From Candidatus Multivoradales bacterium (lineage in GTDB: Bacteria > Acidobacteriota > Thermoanaerobaculia > Multivoradales > J023): a stretch of 64,000 nucleotides of DNA. The position numbers and the translations under genes are program-made. Location: assembly GCA_965248925.1 (NCBI GenBank), contig CBDFLE010000006.1, forward strand, positions 32,001-96,000, read 5' to 3'. Positions within the stretch are counted from its first letter, which is position 1; every line of letters begins with the position of its first letter. The notes beneath the pieces were generated by a model that was not told where the DNA came from, did no database searches, and worked only from the letters and a program-made list of their open reading frames with translations. Below are positions 1 through 9,580 of the stretch, in pieces.

Positions 1-760
1 GGTTTCATCTGGGTAACTCGTCGGCGAGAACGTCCCGACGGCGAAGTCGGAATCTCCGGCTTCGGGTCTTCGGCGTAGATGCGTTGATCGCGATGGATAT
101 CGATGACGAAGACTTCGCCCGCATCGTCCAGGCCCTGAAGAAATGCTGGGTTGTTCCCATAACCACCATCAGCGGCAACCCAACGAAAGCGAAGGCCCTG
201 AGCCCGCGCTCTGTGGACCATCTCAAGAGCCAATTCCGGCTTGGTTTGAAACGTTCGTGCCGATTCCGGAACACCCGCTTGACGGCAGCGCTTCGGCGAG
301 TTGGTCCACTCGCGGGGCAGGTACAACCGGGCATCGATCAAGGACGCGCGATTGCCGTGACCGAGGCTGGCGAAAACGCCCACCTGACAGCTGTCGGTCT
401 TGCCCCGAGTTCCGCACCATTGCCGGGCCACCCCGACAGATTTCTTCCCCTTCTTCGGGAAACTCGACTCGTCGATAACCAGGCACGAATCCAGGGTGCC
501 GAATCCAGGGTGCCGCCCAGCTCGGCATCGACTCCCGCAGCAACCTGGTCCATAACCTTTTGACTCTCCCAGTCCGACACCGACAGGAAGTGATGCAAAG
601 CTTGGGAATCGGAATCGGGGACAACTTCAGCCATTTGCAGCATGGTAGCGCGTCGCGCCTGCATTAGGCCGCGAAGATACTGCCCCGCCTGCGGCAGCAC
701 ACTGCGTGTAAAGCGAGAGAAACAAAGGGCAAAGCCCTAGGCAAAATCCCACAACTCGCG
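1..760 (-). pseudogene. IS701-family DDE transposase, inactivated
   Basis: QYLRGLMQ..ALHHFLSVSDW in one frame continues as IDESSFPKKGKKSVGVARQWCG..RLYLPREW..TKPELA..ADGGYG in another. The frameshift is a 14-bp tandem duplication (487-500/501-514); there is also an in-frame TAG at 737-739. Confidence 0.85.
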
Positions 761-937
761 CCCCAGATTTTGGTAGGAAACTGGGGCATCGCTGATCTCC
801 GAACGACTAGGGAACTGGGGGCTCAAGCTGAGCCCTGAGTTCCTCCATGGGTTTAGTGACGGCCTTCATCGGGGCCGCCAATACAGGTTAAAGCCTTTGT
901 CGTCACCAATTTAAGTAATCTGACAAAGTAGAACTAA
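1..937 (-). mobile_element. IS701-family insertion sequence, left part (element runs off the window start)
   Basis: Transposase motifs on the minus strand (below). AATCTGACAAAGTAGAACTAA at 917-937 resembles IS701-type terminal sequence next to a TTAG/CTAG-like target; the exact end is inferred. Confidence 0.8.
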
Positions 938-1337
938 GGATCAGGTTGCTCGGGCTTGCCTAGACTCGACAACACTATTGCCCAAAATCGAGGGATTCGC
1001 CTTCGAGTTGTACAAGCCTCATCCCGACTGCGTCGATGAGTGGGGGGAGCAAGAGTTTACCAGTAGTTGGACTGAGCGAGCGCAGTGACGGTCAACTCCA
1101 GGCCTGGTGCAGATTCAAGGGTGAGATTCGTGCGGACGAGCAGGAAGGGCAACACCGCGCACTAAACGAACGGATGGTCAAGATGGGACGCATTCAAATC
1201 CAATTCCCTCGTGAGTTCGCAGCCTAACACTGGAGCCAGTTTTTTCATCAGGAATCTACCTTCTGGAAAAAAGTGCAGGATTTCAAAGTGAAATTCTCAG
1301 GGATGACCGGCGGAGAAAGCTGCTTGGTGATCTAGCA

Positions 1338-2960
1338 TCAACCAGCGCCCGGGTTACCCCCGGCGCGAGGGCCTGCTGGTGGTAACCCAGGCTCTCGGAC
1401 TTCCTGGAGGCAGCGTTGATACCGAGCCCATGCTTCGAGATAGAATCCCATAGAGGCAGGAAGCTCACCGTTCAAGAATTCAAAGAATCTCGGAACGCAG
1501 GCCTCACAGGCCTGCAGAGCGGCATTCGCCAAGCTTGCGGTCTCCTTCAAGAAATGTAGGCGTTCCTTCTCGGAGAGACAGGACGTAGTCTTGGCTCGAA
1601 TCCGACTCTGGAGGTAAGTTGTAATGCTCTCGGGCCTCTCCCACGGCCAGAGTCGTGCGACGTTGTCTTCGCCGGTGCTAAGTATCTTGTTGCCTTCTGG
1701 ATTAAACTTGGCTGATTTCATGCTGCCTGTGCTGCCGCCGAATACTGCGACTTCTCGGGAGGTCTCGGCACTCCATACACGCAGCGTACCGTCTTCCGAA
1801 GAGGTAACTATCCACCGCCCATCTGGGCTAAACGTCGCCGAGGTGACTGCTTTCTGATGGCCCTTCAACGTTCTAAACTCTCTCGTTGCCAAGGTCCAGA
1901 CGCGAGCTGTCTGGTCCTCGGACGCAGTTACGACAAACTTCCCATCGGGACTAAACTTGGCATCTCGAATCAATCCACGATGACCGAGGAGTGTCGACTT
2001 CGGGCTTCTGGAGGTTAGTTTCCTGGGAGGATCAGCGTTCCAGAGGTATACCTTCCTACCGGAGGCGGTCAACACCGTGCGGCTAGCAGAATCTAGCGCC
2101 ATGGCCTTGATCTGATTGTGGGGACTCCGTTTCAACAGCAACCTAATCTGTCTTATATAGCTCCACCAACGCAGATTCTGATCTTGCGAAGTGGTGAGAA
2201 TTCGGTTTCTCTCGACATCAAACAGTACTCCGGTAACCGACTCACGGTGTTTGAGTCTCTTTGGTTCTGGCCTTCTTTCACCGGTGGCTCTGCCCCAAAC
2301 CAAGGCCACGGAGTCAGGCGAGATGGTCACTATCCATTTCTCATCGGAGCTGAAGACCGCTTTTGTAACGGGACCGTCATGACCACTCAACGTATCTAGC
2401 GAGCCACCCGTTTCGGCATCCCATACTTTCGCGGTGCCGTCTTGAGATGCGGTCAGCACGCGAAGACCCTCTGGGGCACTCAGACCTTTCGGGTTGAATC
2501 TCGCCGTATTCACTCGGTTCAGATGTCCCTTGAGGATGTTCTCCTGCTCCCCTGTTCGCGCGTTCCAGATTATTGCGGTTTGATCTTCAGACGCCGTCAC
2601 AATCCGCGATCCCGAGGGATCGAAGGAAGCTTCCAATATTCGCTTGGCGTGCCCGGCAAAGGCGAACAGTTCGGCACCTGCCAACGGCTCGGTTGACGCC
2701 GAGTTTCCCGACTTGTGTTCTGGACTGGCGAGGGCTCTATTCAGCACTACGAAACTGTTTGGAACGTCCGCCGGTCGACGAATCTCCAGCAGCAAGAGTC
2801 TTGCTCTCAGTCCCGGTATCTGCTCAGCGGCAACATCGAAGATTTCCTGATCCGTAATATTGATATTCTCCGTCTTGGGATCTAACATTCCACATCCGAC
2901 TAGCACGGCCACTACCAGAGCACCGAACGAATCTGTGCCTCGCCAACGCTCAGTCCGCAT
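1338..2960 (-). CDS. WD40-repeat protein, probable lipoprotein
   Basis: About 8 GH..W[DNST] repeats; N-terminal hydrophobic stretch ending LVGC (lipobox-like); Cys-containing helical tail; starts 5 nt after the upstream stop. Confidence 0.85.
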   Translation of the reverse strand: MRTERWRGTDSFGALVVAVLVGCGMLDPKTENINITDQEIFDVAAEQIPGLRARLLLLEIRRPADVPNSFVVLNRALASPEHKSGNSASTEPLAGAELFAFAGHAKRILEASFDPSGSRIVTASEDQTAIIWNARTGEQENILKGHLNRVNTARFNPKGLSAPEGLRVLTASQDGTAKVWDAETGGSLDTLSGHDGPVTKAVFSSDEKWIVTISPDSVALVWGRATGERRPEPKRLKHRESVTGVLFDVERNRILTTSQDQNLRWWSYIRQIRLLLKRSPHNQIKAMALDSASRTVLTASGRKVYLWNADPPRKLTSRSPKSTLLGHRGLIRDAKFSPDGKFVVTASEDQTARVWTLATREFRTLKGHQKAVTSATFSPDGRWIVTSSEDGTLRVWSAETSREVAVFGGSTGSMKSAKFNPEGNKILSTGEDNVARLWPWERPESITTYLQSRIRAKTTSCLSEKERLHFLKETASLANAALQACEACVPRFFEFLNGELPASMGFYLEAWARYQRCLQEVREPGLPPAGPRAGGNPGAG

Positions 2961-2965
2961 ACCTG

Positions 2966-5900
2966 CTACTCAACGAGATGAATGTCCTCACCCGCCAAGC
3001 TCCCACTGTCGGTACGAAATCGAACTTCCCAAAGGCGGCCCTGACCGACATCCTCTGAAATCTCCATCCATGAGTAAATTTGTTCGGTCTCGTGAAACGT
3101 ATTGTCATAGTCCTTCTTCACTTGGTCGGTCACGCATACTCCACCCTCACGAGCTATCTCCATCACTCGGCTAGCAGTGTGGACTACCAGCCCGTGTGCA
3201 TCATCTCTGTCAACCTGCACCTCGCCGACGTGAACTCCTACTCGCACTGTGATCTTCTCGTGACCTGTTCGGCCTTCAAGCTCAACAGCGAACTTGAGCG
3301 CTTCTATCGAGCTACGAAAGGCTATCATGCGGCCGTCGCCAGTCGACTTCACAACAAAACCGCCATGCCTCTCGGCGAGAGTATCGGTCTTGTCGAAGTG
3401 TTGATTCCGCACTATCGCCCAGGCAGCGGCCTTTATTTCGTTTAGGAGATGAGTGCTTCGGACTACGTCAGTGAAGACGATCGCTAGCTGGACGTACTCG
3501 GAACTCGAGCCGCCTAACCATCCCCAGAGCCCATCGCGTCGCTCATCGCTCCCCGCCTGTTGCCTAAACAGGATCCTGGTCCTTAAATAGGTGCCGGACA
3601 GCAGCGCTGCAAGTAACAGAATCACGTACAATACCGGCCGGTCGAAAGGAAATCGCAGTACTCTCCGGTCTGCGAAACTCCAGCGGTGCGCCGGCAGTTG
3701 GGTCTTGTAGACCACGAAGTCAAGGCGGCGCGACAACTCGGCCTGTTCTTTCCGAGGATCCCAGACGAACCTACCTCGCTGCCCAGCGGCCAGCTCGAGG
3801 AAGGCGTCGGTCGTGAATGGGCCGTAGTAGTCCGGGGACCGGATCGCAACATGGTCTGCGCTGAAACTGTCGTCACCGATACTGATCAGGTCGACTGTCA
3901 GTCGATTTCCTACGAGGGACAGTCGGGCGCTCTGCCAATCGACTTTAGGAACGCGGTTTATGACCTGAATTGGGTCCAGGAACAGGTGTTTGCCGCCACC
4001 ACTCGTCACGACCAGGTCCAAGGCTGCCTCTTGTGTTGTCGGATACTCGTAGGAGCTTTGAAGCGAAACCTCGCCACGTAGCTCAGCTGTTTCTCCTGGC
4101 TCGATAACGACCTGTACGGGCGGCGGATGGAAGACCACCGGAGTGTTGACCGCCGATTTGACTTGGTTAACCTTCACCCAGATTGCTCGTTGCGGGCCTG
4201 GGTTTCTGAGCGTGAGTGTCAACGGCGCCAACTCACCGTCCGTGAGTCGGACTTGATCCGGTAGTCGTTTAGCAAGCTGCAGGTCAGGCGCGGACTCTGC
4301 GCGTTGCAAGGGCATCGACTCGAATACGCCGGAGTTGCTCTGGCGCAACAAGAGAGTGCCGTCATCATAGCGGTAGCAGCGCCCTTTGCGTCGGCAGTCG
4401 ATCCACTGACCTCGATCGCCGCCGAGGAGAACGCTGGAAAGCGTGCACCTTGCCACTTTACAAGGTGACCAGATCCTCACCACACCCTCGCCAATACCGA
4501 CGGTGGCCAACGCATCGCCAGCCTTCCCAAAAGCCGCAGCACTCAGCCCGTTGCGGTCGATACGGCCAGCCAGCGAGGCGTGCTGCTGACCAATCACCCA
4601 GACGAAAACCTCGCCGCCGCGCAGCACAACGCCGACTCTCGTCGGCGAGATGAAATGCACGGCCAACGCATCGCCAGCTAACCGCCTGCTACCGCTGGAC
4701 AGAAGATCCTTGGACTCAAGGTCCCAAAGATACAAGCCGCCGCCACCGAAAGCGCCGACTAGCCGCCTACCGTCGGAGCTGAAAGCCAAGGCCTGGACTC
4801 TCTGCTGGGGCATATCGTTGTCTCTCGAACTCGTCTGAGCGAAGCGACCGTAGAGTTCGCGCGTGGACAGGTCAAGAACTTGGACCATGCCGTCGTCGAA
4901 ACCCGCCGCCAGGAGACCGCCATCGGGAGAGAAAGCGAGCGCCGCTACCGCGGATGTCTGCGCCGGAAGCGGCGCTTGCCTATCAAAGCGTCGTGCACCG
5001 TCGGCCGCCCGTCGCCACCAAGTGATAGGCCCATCCTGGAAACCGGCGGCCAGCGTGTCGCCCATAGCACTGAGCGCGAGGCAGCGAGGCGCCTTCCCTC
5101 CAGAGAGTGGAAACGTCCAAGGGCCGTGAGCCGGCTTGCTGTTGCGGTCCCAAAGCCGGATCGCTCCTCTGGAGCCTGCCACCAGACTCTGCCCGCCGTT
5201 GCCGAACGCCAGCGCCTTGACTAGCGGCACACCTCCTCCGAGTCGGCGCACCAGCTGGCTGGATGAGAAGGACCAGATTCCTACGAAACCCTCGCGTGTC
5301 CCCGCCGCAAGGAGTCTGCCGGAAGGACTGGGGCTGAGTGCGAAGACCTCGTCGCCGAAGTTCTCCAGCTGCGCCACCTCAGTGCCGGCAACGTAGCTCC
5401 AGAGCCGCACGCTACCGTCGCGCGAGGCAGAAGCAACCATATGGCCGTCCGGATGCCACACCACAGCCGTAGCAGCTAAGCGATGGCCTTCGAAAAGGCG
5501 CACCATTTTGCCGGTGTCGACCTCCCAGACCCGAACAGTGCTGTCGGCGGACGCCGAAGCCAAGAACTCTCCCTTCGGCCCCCAACTGACCGCATTCACA
5601 CGCTCATCGTGAGCGCCCTTAATCGTTGGTCCAAGAGGTTTGCCGTCGGCAGCATTCCAGAGCTTGATCGTGCGGTCCCACGATCCGGTGGCCAGAGCAT
5701 GGCCGTTAGGATGCCAGGCAAGCGCGGCAATCCTCTCGCCGTGTGCAGACCAAGCCGGCAGCTTGGCGGCACCAGTCCGCGGATCTAAGATCGTGACTGT
5801 GCCGTCTTTGGAACCGATCGCCAACAGGTCAGCGCGAGGGCTAAAGGCCACCGTCCAACCACTCCAGCGACGCGGTTGCCGGTCCGCTTTAAGGTCCCAG

Positions 5901-6430
5901 AGCCGTACCGTGCCATCGTCAGAGCTACTGGCTAACCAGCGACCATCAAAACTGAAAGAGAGGGTCTCTACGGGGCCTGAATCGTCTTCTAGCCGAAAGC
6001 TCTCTAGACCCGTTTCTAGGTCCCACAATGCGACGACACCAGCCGCCCCTCCGGTCGCCACCTCTCTGCCGTTTGGATGCCAGGCGAGCGCGTAGAGTGC
6101 CTCTCTTGATTTGACGCCGGAGAGCAGTTCTGCAGTTTCTTCAATCGACTCAGCGAACTTCTCACCGCCGAGAACCAGTGGCAGTAGGTCTTGGGTCGGC
6201 TGCGCGGCAGCCGGCCCAGGCGTTGAGTAGACTGTTAAGAAAGCGCATGTAACCAGAGTTCCCCAGCTCGACCAAGCCCGGCACGACAAAGCGTGAAGCA
6301 TAGCTGCTAGAGACGAAGGCACAGGTTTTAGGCGAGAAGAAGACCCATCGTGAAACTTCGCCAAGCTAGACCCGGAGGACACGCTAACCGGACGCGACCT
6401 CGATCTTCTCCTCCATCGTGGACGAGGCAA
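2966..6430 (-). CDS. Membrane-anchored WD40-repeat / class III adenylate-guanylate cyclase
   Basis: Signal-like segment ending AAAQP, about 13 WD40 repeats, a beta-rich Ig-like region, TM VLYVILLLAALLSGTYL, then cyclase motifs VFTDVVRST, VKSTGDG, RVGVHVGEV, DAHGLVVHTASR. Alternative start ATG 6301. Confidence 0.85.
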   Translation of the reverse strand: MPRPRWRRRSRSRPVSVSSGSSLAKFHDGSSSRLKPVPSSLAAMLHALSCRAWSSWGTLVTCAFLTVYSTPGPAAAQPTQDLLPLVLGGEKFAESIEETAELLSGVKSREALYALAWHPNGREVATGGAAGVVALWDLETGLESFRLEDDSGPVETLSFSFDGRWLASSSDDGTVRLWDLKADRQPRRWSGWTVAFSPRADLLAIGSKDGTVTILDPRTGAAKLPAWSAHGERIAALAWHPNGHALATGSWDRTIKLWNAADGKPLGPTIKGAHDERVNAVSWGPKGEFLASASADSTVRVWEVDTGKMVRLFEGHRLAATAVVWHPDGHMVASASRDGSVRLWSYVAGTEVAQLENFGDEVFALSPSPSGRLLAAGTREGFVGIWSFSSSQLVRRLGGGVPLVKALAFGNGGQSLVAGSRGAIRLWDRNSKPAHGPWTFPLSGGKAPRCLALSAMGDTLAAGFQDGPITWWRRAADGARRFDRQAPLPAQTSAVAALAFSPDGGLLAAGFDDGMVQVLDLSTRELYGRFAQTSSRDNDMPQQRVQALAFSSDGRRLVGAFGGGGLYLWDLESKDLLSSGSRRLAGDALAVHFISPTRVGVVLRGGEVFVWVIGQQHASLAGRIDRNGLSAAAFGKAGDALATVGIGEGVVRIWSPCKVARCTLSSVLLGGDRGQWIDCRRKGRCYRYDDGTLLLRQSNSGVFESMPLQRAESAPDLQLAKRLPDQVRLTDGELAPLTLTLRNPGPQRAIWVKVNQVKSAVNTPVVFHPPPVQVVIEPGETAELRGEVSLQSSYEYPTTQEAALDLVVTSGGGKHLFLDPIQVINRVPKVDWQSARLSLVGNRLTVDLISIGDDSFSADHVAIRSPDYYGPFTTDAFLELAAGQRGRFVWDPRKEQAELSRRLDFVVYKTQLPAHRWSFADRRVLRFPFDRPVLYVILLLAALLSGTYLRTRILFRQQAGSDERRDGLWGWLGGSSSEYVQLAIVFTDVVRSTHLLNEIKAAAWAIVRNQHFDKTDTLAERHGGFVVKSTGDGRMIAFRSSIEALKFAVELEGRTGHEKITVRVGVHVGEVQVDRDDAHGLVVHTASRVMEIAREGGVCVTDQVKKDYDNTFHETEQIYSWMEISEDVGQGRLWEVRFRTDSGSLAGEDIHLVE

Positions 6431-6434
6431 GCTA

Positions 6435-7727
6435 TCAACGGGCCGCCGCTGTCAGGCAATCAATCGGCGGCCGCCCTTGTTCCAACGGCGAAGATTCCGG
6501 CTCGCTGATCCAATTCTCAGGAATCGTTGTTGCAGCCAGTAGTCGGTGCTTCTTGGCTCTTGGCAACCAGGAGTCGAGTTCGAGTGCTAGCCAGAAGGCC
6601 TCTCCTGACAGGACATACAAGTGGCGTGTCGCGCGCTGCGTCGGAAGTCGTACCTCACCTAGCACTTGGACGATGCCTTTGTTGAAATCCGGCTCCAACT
6701 TGACAACCCTCCAAGTCGTTACTCCAGGCCTCCGGCCCTCCGGCCCGCGGAGCAGAGCATAGAGGAACTCTCCAACGGAATAGAGTCCGACCGGGATTTT
6801 CATCCCCTCGACGCTCTTGTACATCTCGGCAACAGTGCCAGCTGGCGGATAAGGCATAGACTCGTTGGAGCCAGGAAACCCCTCTAGTCGGCCGCGCGAG
6901 CCGTCCCTCGTGTCGTAGTAATGCAGACTAGGGGAGGTGCTCATCTCCAAAAAGTACACCAAGTCGCCTGCGACAGCGATGAACTCGTGATGGAATGCGT
7001 AGTGTCGGTACCCAGGTACATCCCAGATCATCTGAGCCTTCGGCGTGACGTTGGCATTCCCTGGCGTCTGGACTTGGGTTAGGTAGAAACCTTCTCGAAC
7101 GACGTCAAGACGTCCGTCAATCCCTAGCGCGCCGTAGGCGAAGAACTGATCGGCCACTGGCTGCCAATCAAACATCGACATCACCCGATTGTCCTCGATC
7201 AGCTCTCCCGTCATTCCAACGCGGCTCACCAACTCTGTTCGACCCCGCTTGAGGAGACTTGCGTCGAACCACTGGATGGAGCTGGGAATACCGTTTCCAA
7301 GATTCAGATTTAGACCAACGAAGCCGCCATTGCTGCGCTTGATGCCGTAGACGATTTCACGGACCGGCTCATCGCCGACAGCGGTCAGCGACTCCTTTGG
7401 GTAGTAGTCGCCAGCGCGACTAGCCGACAAGCTCTGCTCGACCGTGACGGAGCCGCTTACGATATCGCGGCTCAACGCCAACTCAAGACTCTTCCGATCA
7501 AACATACTCACGAGCAACGCCCGCGATTGCTCGACATCGCCCCAGGTAGCGAAGTTGAACTTGGAAGCTTGCCAATCCGAGTTGACCGACTCGCGCCAAC
7601 AGCCTTCCGCCCGAGAACCGCCCGCGATCAATCCTCCTATCAAAGCGAGCAACAGGGAGAGGCCGAGACCTCCGGGGTACCAACGGTCGATACCCGAATT
7701 GAGCTGAACATTCGTTCGAGTAGTCAT
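6435..7727 (-). CDS. Secreted hypothetical protein, possibly beta-propeller-like
   Basis: Long ORF with hydrophobic signal (LGLSLLLALIGGLIAG) and beta-strand-rich body; start ATG 7727 chosen because it follows the upstream peptide gene's stop and GAGGG. Confidence 0.7.
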   Translation of the reverse strand: MTTRTNVQLNSGIDRWYPGGLGLSLLLALIGGLIAGGSRAEGCWRESVNSDWQASKFNFATWGDVEQSRALLVSMFDRKSLELALSRDIVSGSVTVEQSLSASRAGDYYPKESLTAVGDEPVREIVYGIKRSNGGFVGLNLNLGNGIPSSIQWFDASLLKRGRTELVSRVGMTGELIEDNRVMSMFDWQPVADQFFAYGALGIDGRLDVVREGFYLTQVQTPGNANVTPKAQMIWDVPGYRHYAFHHEFIAVAGDLVYFLEMSTSPSLHYYDTRDGSRGRLEGFPGSNESMPYPPAGTVAEMYKSVEGMKIPVGLYSVGEFLYALLRGPEGRRPGVTTWRVVKLEPDFNKGIVQVLGEVRLPTQRATRHLYVLSGEAFWLALELDSWLPRAKKHRLLAATTIPENWISEPESSPLEQGRPPIDCLTAAAR

Positions 7728-7746
7728 GGTCTGGCCGCCCTCTGAA

Positions 7747-7941
7747 TCAGTTAACATTTTCTTCATTGCGGCAAACACCATTAGCGCTCATGCAAGGAAC
7801 GCCGGTTCCCAGGACCAAACCTGTGGCTCCGCGGCATTGACTGCCGAGAGTGCCCTCGCTGGCCTGGGTCGACATCGGCGCCACCTGCACTAGCCCGACG
7901 ATCAAAACGAGCAACAATAATCTAACGCAGACTCTGCTCAT
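7747..7941 (-). CDS. Small secreted Cys-containing peptide (64 aa precursor)
   Basis: GAGGAG SD about 10 nt upstream of ATG; Sec-type signal (basic n-region, LLLLVLIVGLVQV, TQA cleavage); about 37-aa mature part with 3 Cys; first gene of the operon. Confidence 0.65.
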   Translation of the reverse strand: MSRVCVRLLLLVLIVGLVQVAPMSTQASEGTLGSQCRGATGLVLGTGVPCMSANGVCRNEENVN

Positions 7942-8372
7942 ATCTCAATGCTCCTCAGTATCAAATGCTCATGTGCTCATGCCTGCCTAAGGGGAAGTTT
8001 CCGGATCGACTCGTGTCGATTTCAGACACCAGACTCAGCGCGCCGAAGGTCGCAGATTCGATTGCCGCTAGTGGTAGTGGCTAGCATTCCTCGCGCCTCA
8101 ACTGCTTGACCACAGAACCGAAAAGCTGGTCCCAATTCGGCTCAACAACCTGTAAATCCCCGTCTGATGAGTCAAGTATCCCCTTACGGACCTCGGTTTG
8201 CAATCCCAATGTACCGCTTCCTATCTCACTATCCTAGTACCTCTCGTGTTCCTCCAGACCCTGCTACGCGGCCCTCGTCGGGTCTCTAAGCTTAACCCAG
8301 TCAGCTGTTTAGGGGGCCGAGATTATCAATTTCTGTGCAGGCAGCTGGCGAGCGGGCTGCCACCTGCTCGAT

Positions 8373-8546
8373 CGAAGCCTGGCCCAGCAGGTGATCGCCG
8401 AGCTACGGCAGATGAACGAGTTGGTCCGGCGCAGCCAACGCCTGGAGGTGATCGAGCAACTTCGCGAGGAGATCCGAACTAACCCTGCTCCTCGGCCTCT
8501 CGCCCCACCTCCCGAGGAGCTGCTGCGTCAGGGCCGCGATCGATGA
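8373..8546 (+). pseudogene. 5'-truncated FitA/VapB-like antitoxin
   Basis: Frame reads RSLAQQVIAELRQM..PPPEELLRQGRDR* and overlaps the toxin start as ATGA. Upstream the frame hits TAG at 8310 with no start for the N-terminal DNA-binding part. Confidence 0.65.
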
Positions 8547-8962
8547 GGCCGCAGGCGGTGCTCGACGCTTCGGCCGCGCTGCACGCAGTGCTAACCCAAG
8601 AACATGCCAGCGAAGTCCTGGACTTCCTGCACGGAACCGCCTTGGTGCTAGTGCCCGCTCTATTTACCAGCGAAGTGACCAACGGGCTGTGGAAATACGT
8701 TCGCAGCGGCCAGATCACCCGCCACCGTGCTATCCAACTACTCGACCAGGCACTGAAGCTAGTCGATTCGGTGGTCGACGACCGCGACCTCGCCCGCGAA
8801 GCCTTGGTCCTAGCGGCCGCGCACTCACACCCGGCTTACGATGCCCTCTATGCCGTGCTGGCACGTCGCAACGGCTGCCCTTTGCTAACGTTCGACCGGC
8901 GCCTGGTCAAGTTGCTGGGGAAGCTCGGTGTTGAGGCTTGGGTTCCAGCCTCCAGCACTTGA
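8543..8962 (+). CDS. vapC: PIN-domain toxin (VapC family)
   Basis: VLDASA, SEVTNGL, AYDALY and LLTFDRRL: the acidic PIN residues are present. Confidence 0.88.
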   Translation: MRPQAVLDASAALHAVLTQEHASEVLDFLHGTALVLVPALFTSEVTNGLWKYVRSGQITRHRAIQLLDQALKLVDSVVDDRDLAREALVLAAAHSHPAYDALYAVLARRNGCPLLTFDRRLVKLLGKLGVEAWVPASST

Positions 8963-8976
8963 CCGACCGAGCTGCT

Positions 8977-8999
8977 GGGCCGGCAGAGGTCGCCGGCCC
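8977..8999. terminator. GC hairpin between convergent genes
   Basis: GGGCCGGC-N7-GCCGGCCC perfect inverted repeat; no U-tract. Confidence 0.45.
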
Positions 9000-9006
9000 G
9001 AAAGGC

Positions 9007-9321
9007 TCAATCCTTGGCCGACTCGAACAGCGACTTCACCGCTACGACCAGCATTGCCGGGGAGATGAACACCACGACATTGCCGAGTATCTGAGTAATC
9101 TGCTCACCCACGTAAGGCAGCTGCTGAATCGACGAGGCCGATAGAATCAGCGCAATCGCCGCCAGCAGAAAACCGCGGCTCTCGTCGGCGGTGATATTCA
9201 GCAGCCCCACCACCACACCCAAGATCGCCAACAACCACCAGATCCAGCCCAGGTTGACGAATCCAGCGAGGACGGCCAGCACAACACCAGCCAAGAAAGC
9301 GTATTTCCCAACTTGCCCCAT
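9007..9321 (-). CDS. Small integral membrane protein (about 4 TM)
   Basis: Hydrophobic throughout, GLLNIT..E..FLLAAIAL pattern; AAGGAG upstream. Confidence 0.8.
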   Translation of the reverse strand: MGQVGKYAFLAGVVLAVLAGFVNLGWIWWLLAILGVVVGLLNITADESRGFLLAAIALILSASSIQQLPYVGEQITQILGNVVVFISPAMLVVAVKSLFESAKD

Positions 9322-9580
9322 TTCTTCTTCTCCTTCTTTTGGCTACCAGCCACCAAAGCGCACGCACCATCGGCCGGCGCGGCCAAGCCGCCAGTAGCAC
9401 TGTCGATAGGTCAGATTGGGGCCAGGTTATCACACCGGAGGAACCTCGAAATTGCCGGCCGGTCCAGCAAGCAGGGTTCACGCAGACTCTTTGAAAGTCT
9501 CTAGCACCATCACCGCCAAACGGCCCGTGCAGGCCATGGTATAAACTCCCTGCCCCCCTTGGAGGCAGTGAGGACCCACC

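Noticed and set aside
940-1227. Short ORF 1036-1227 and adjacent open stretch as a transposase or gene remnant
   Set aside because: No motif I can confidently recognise; no clear SD.
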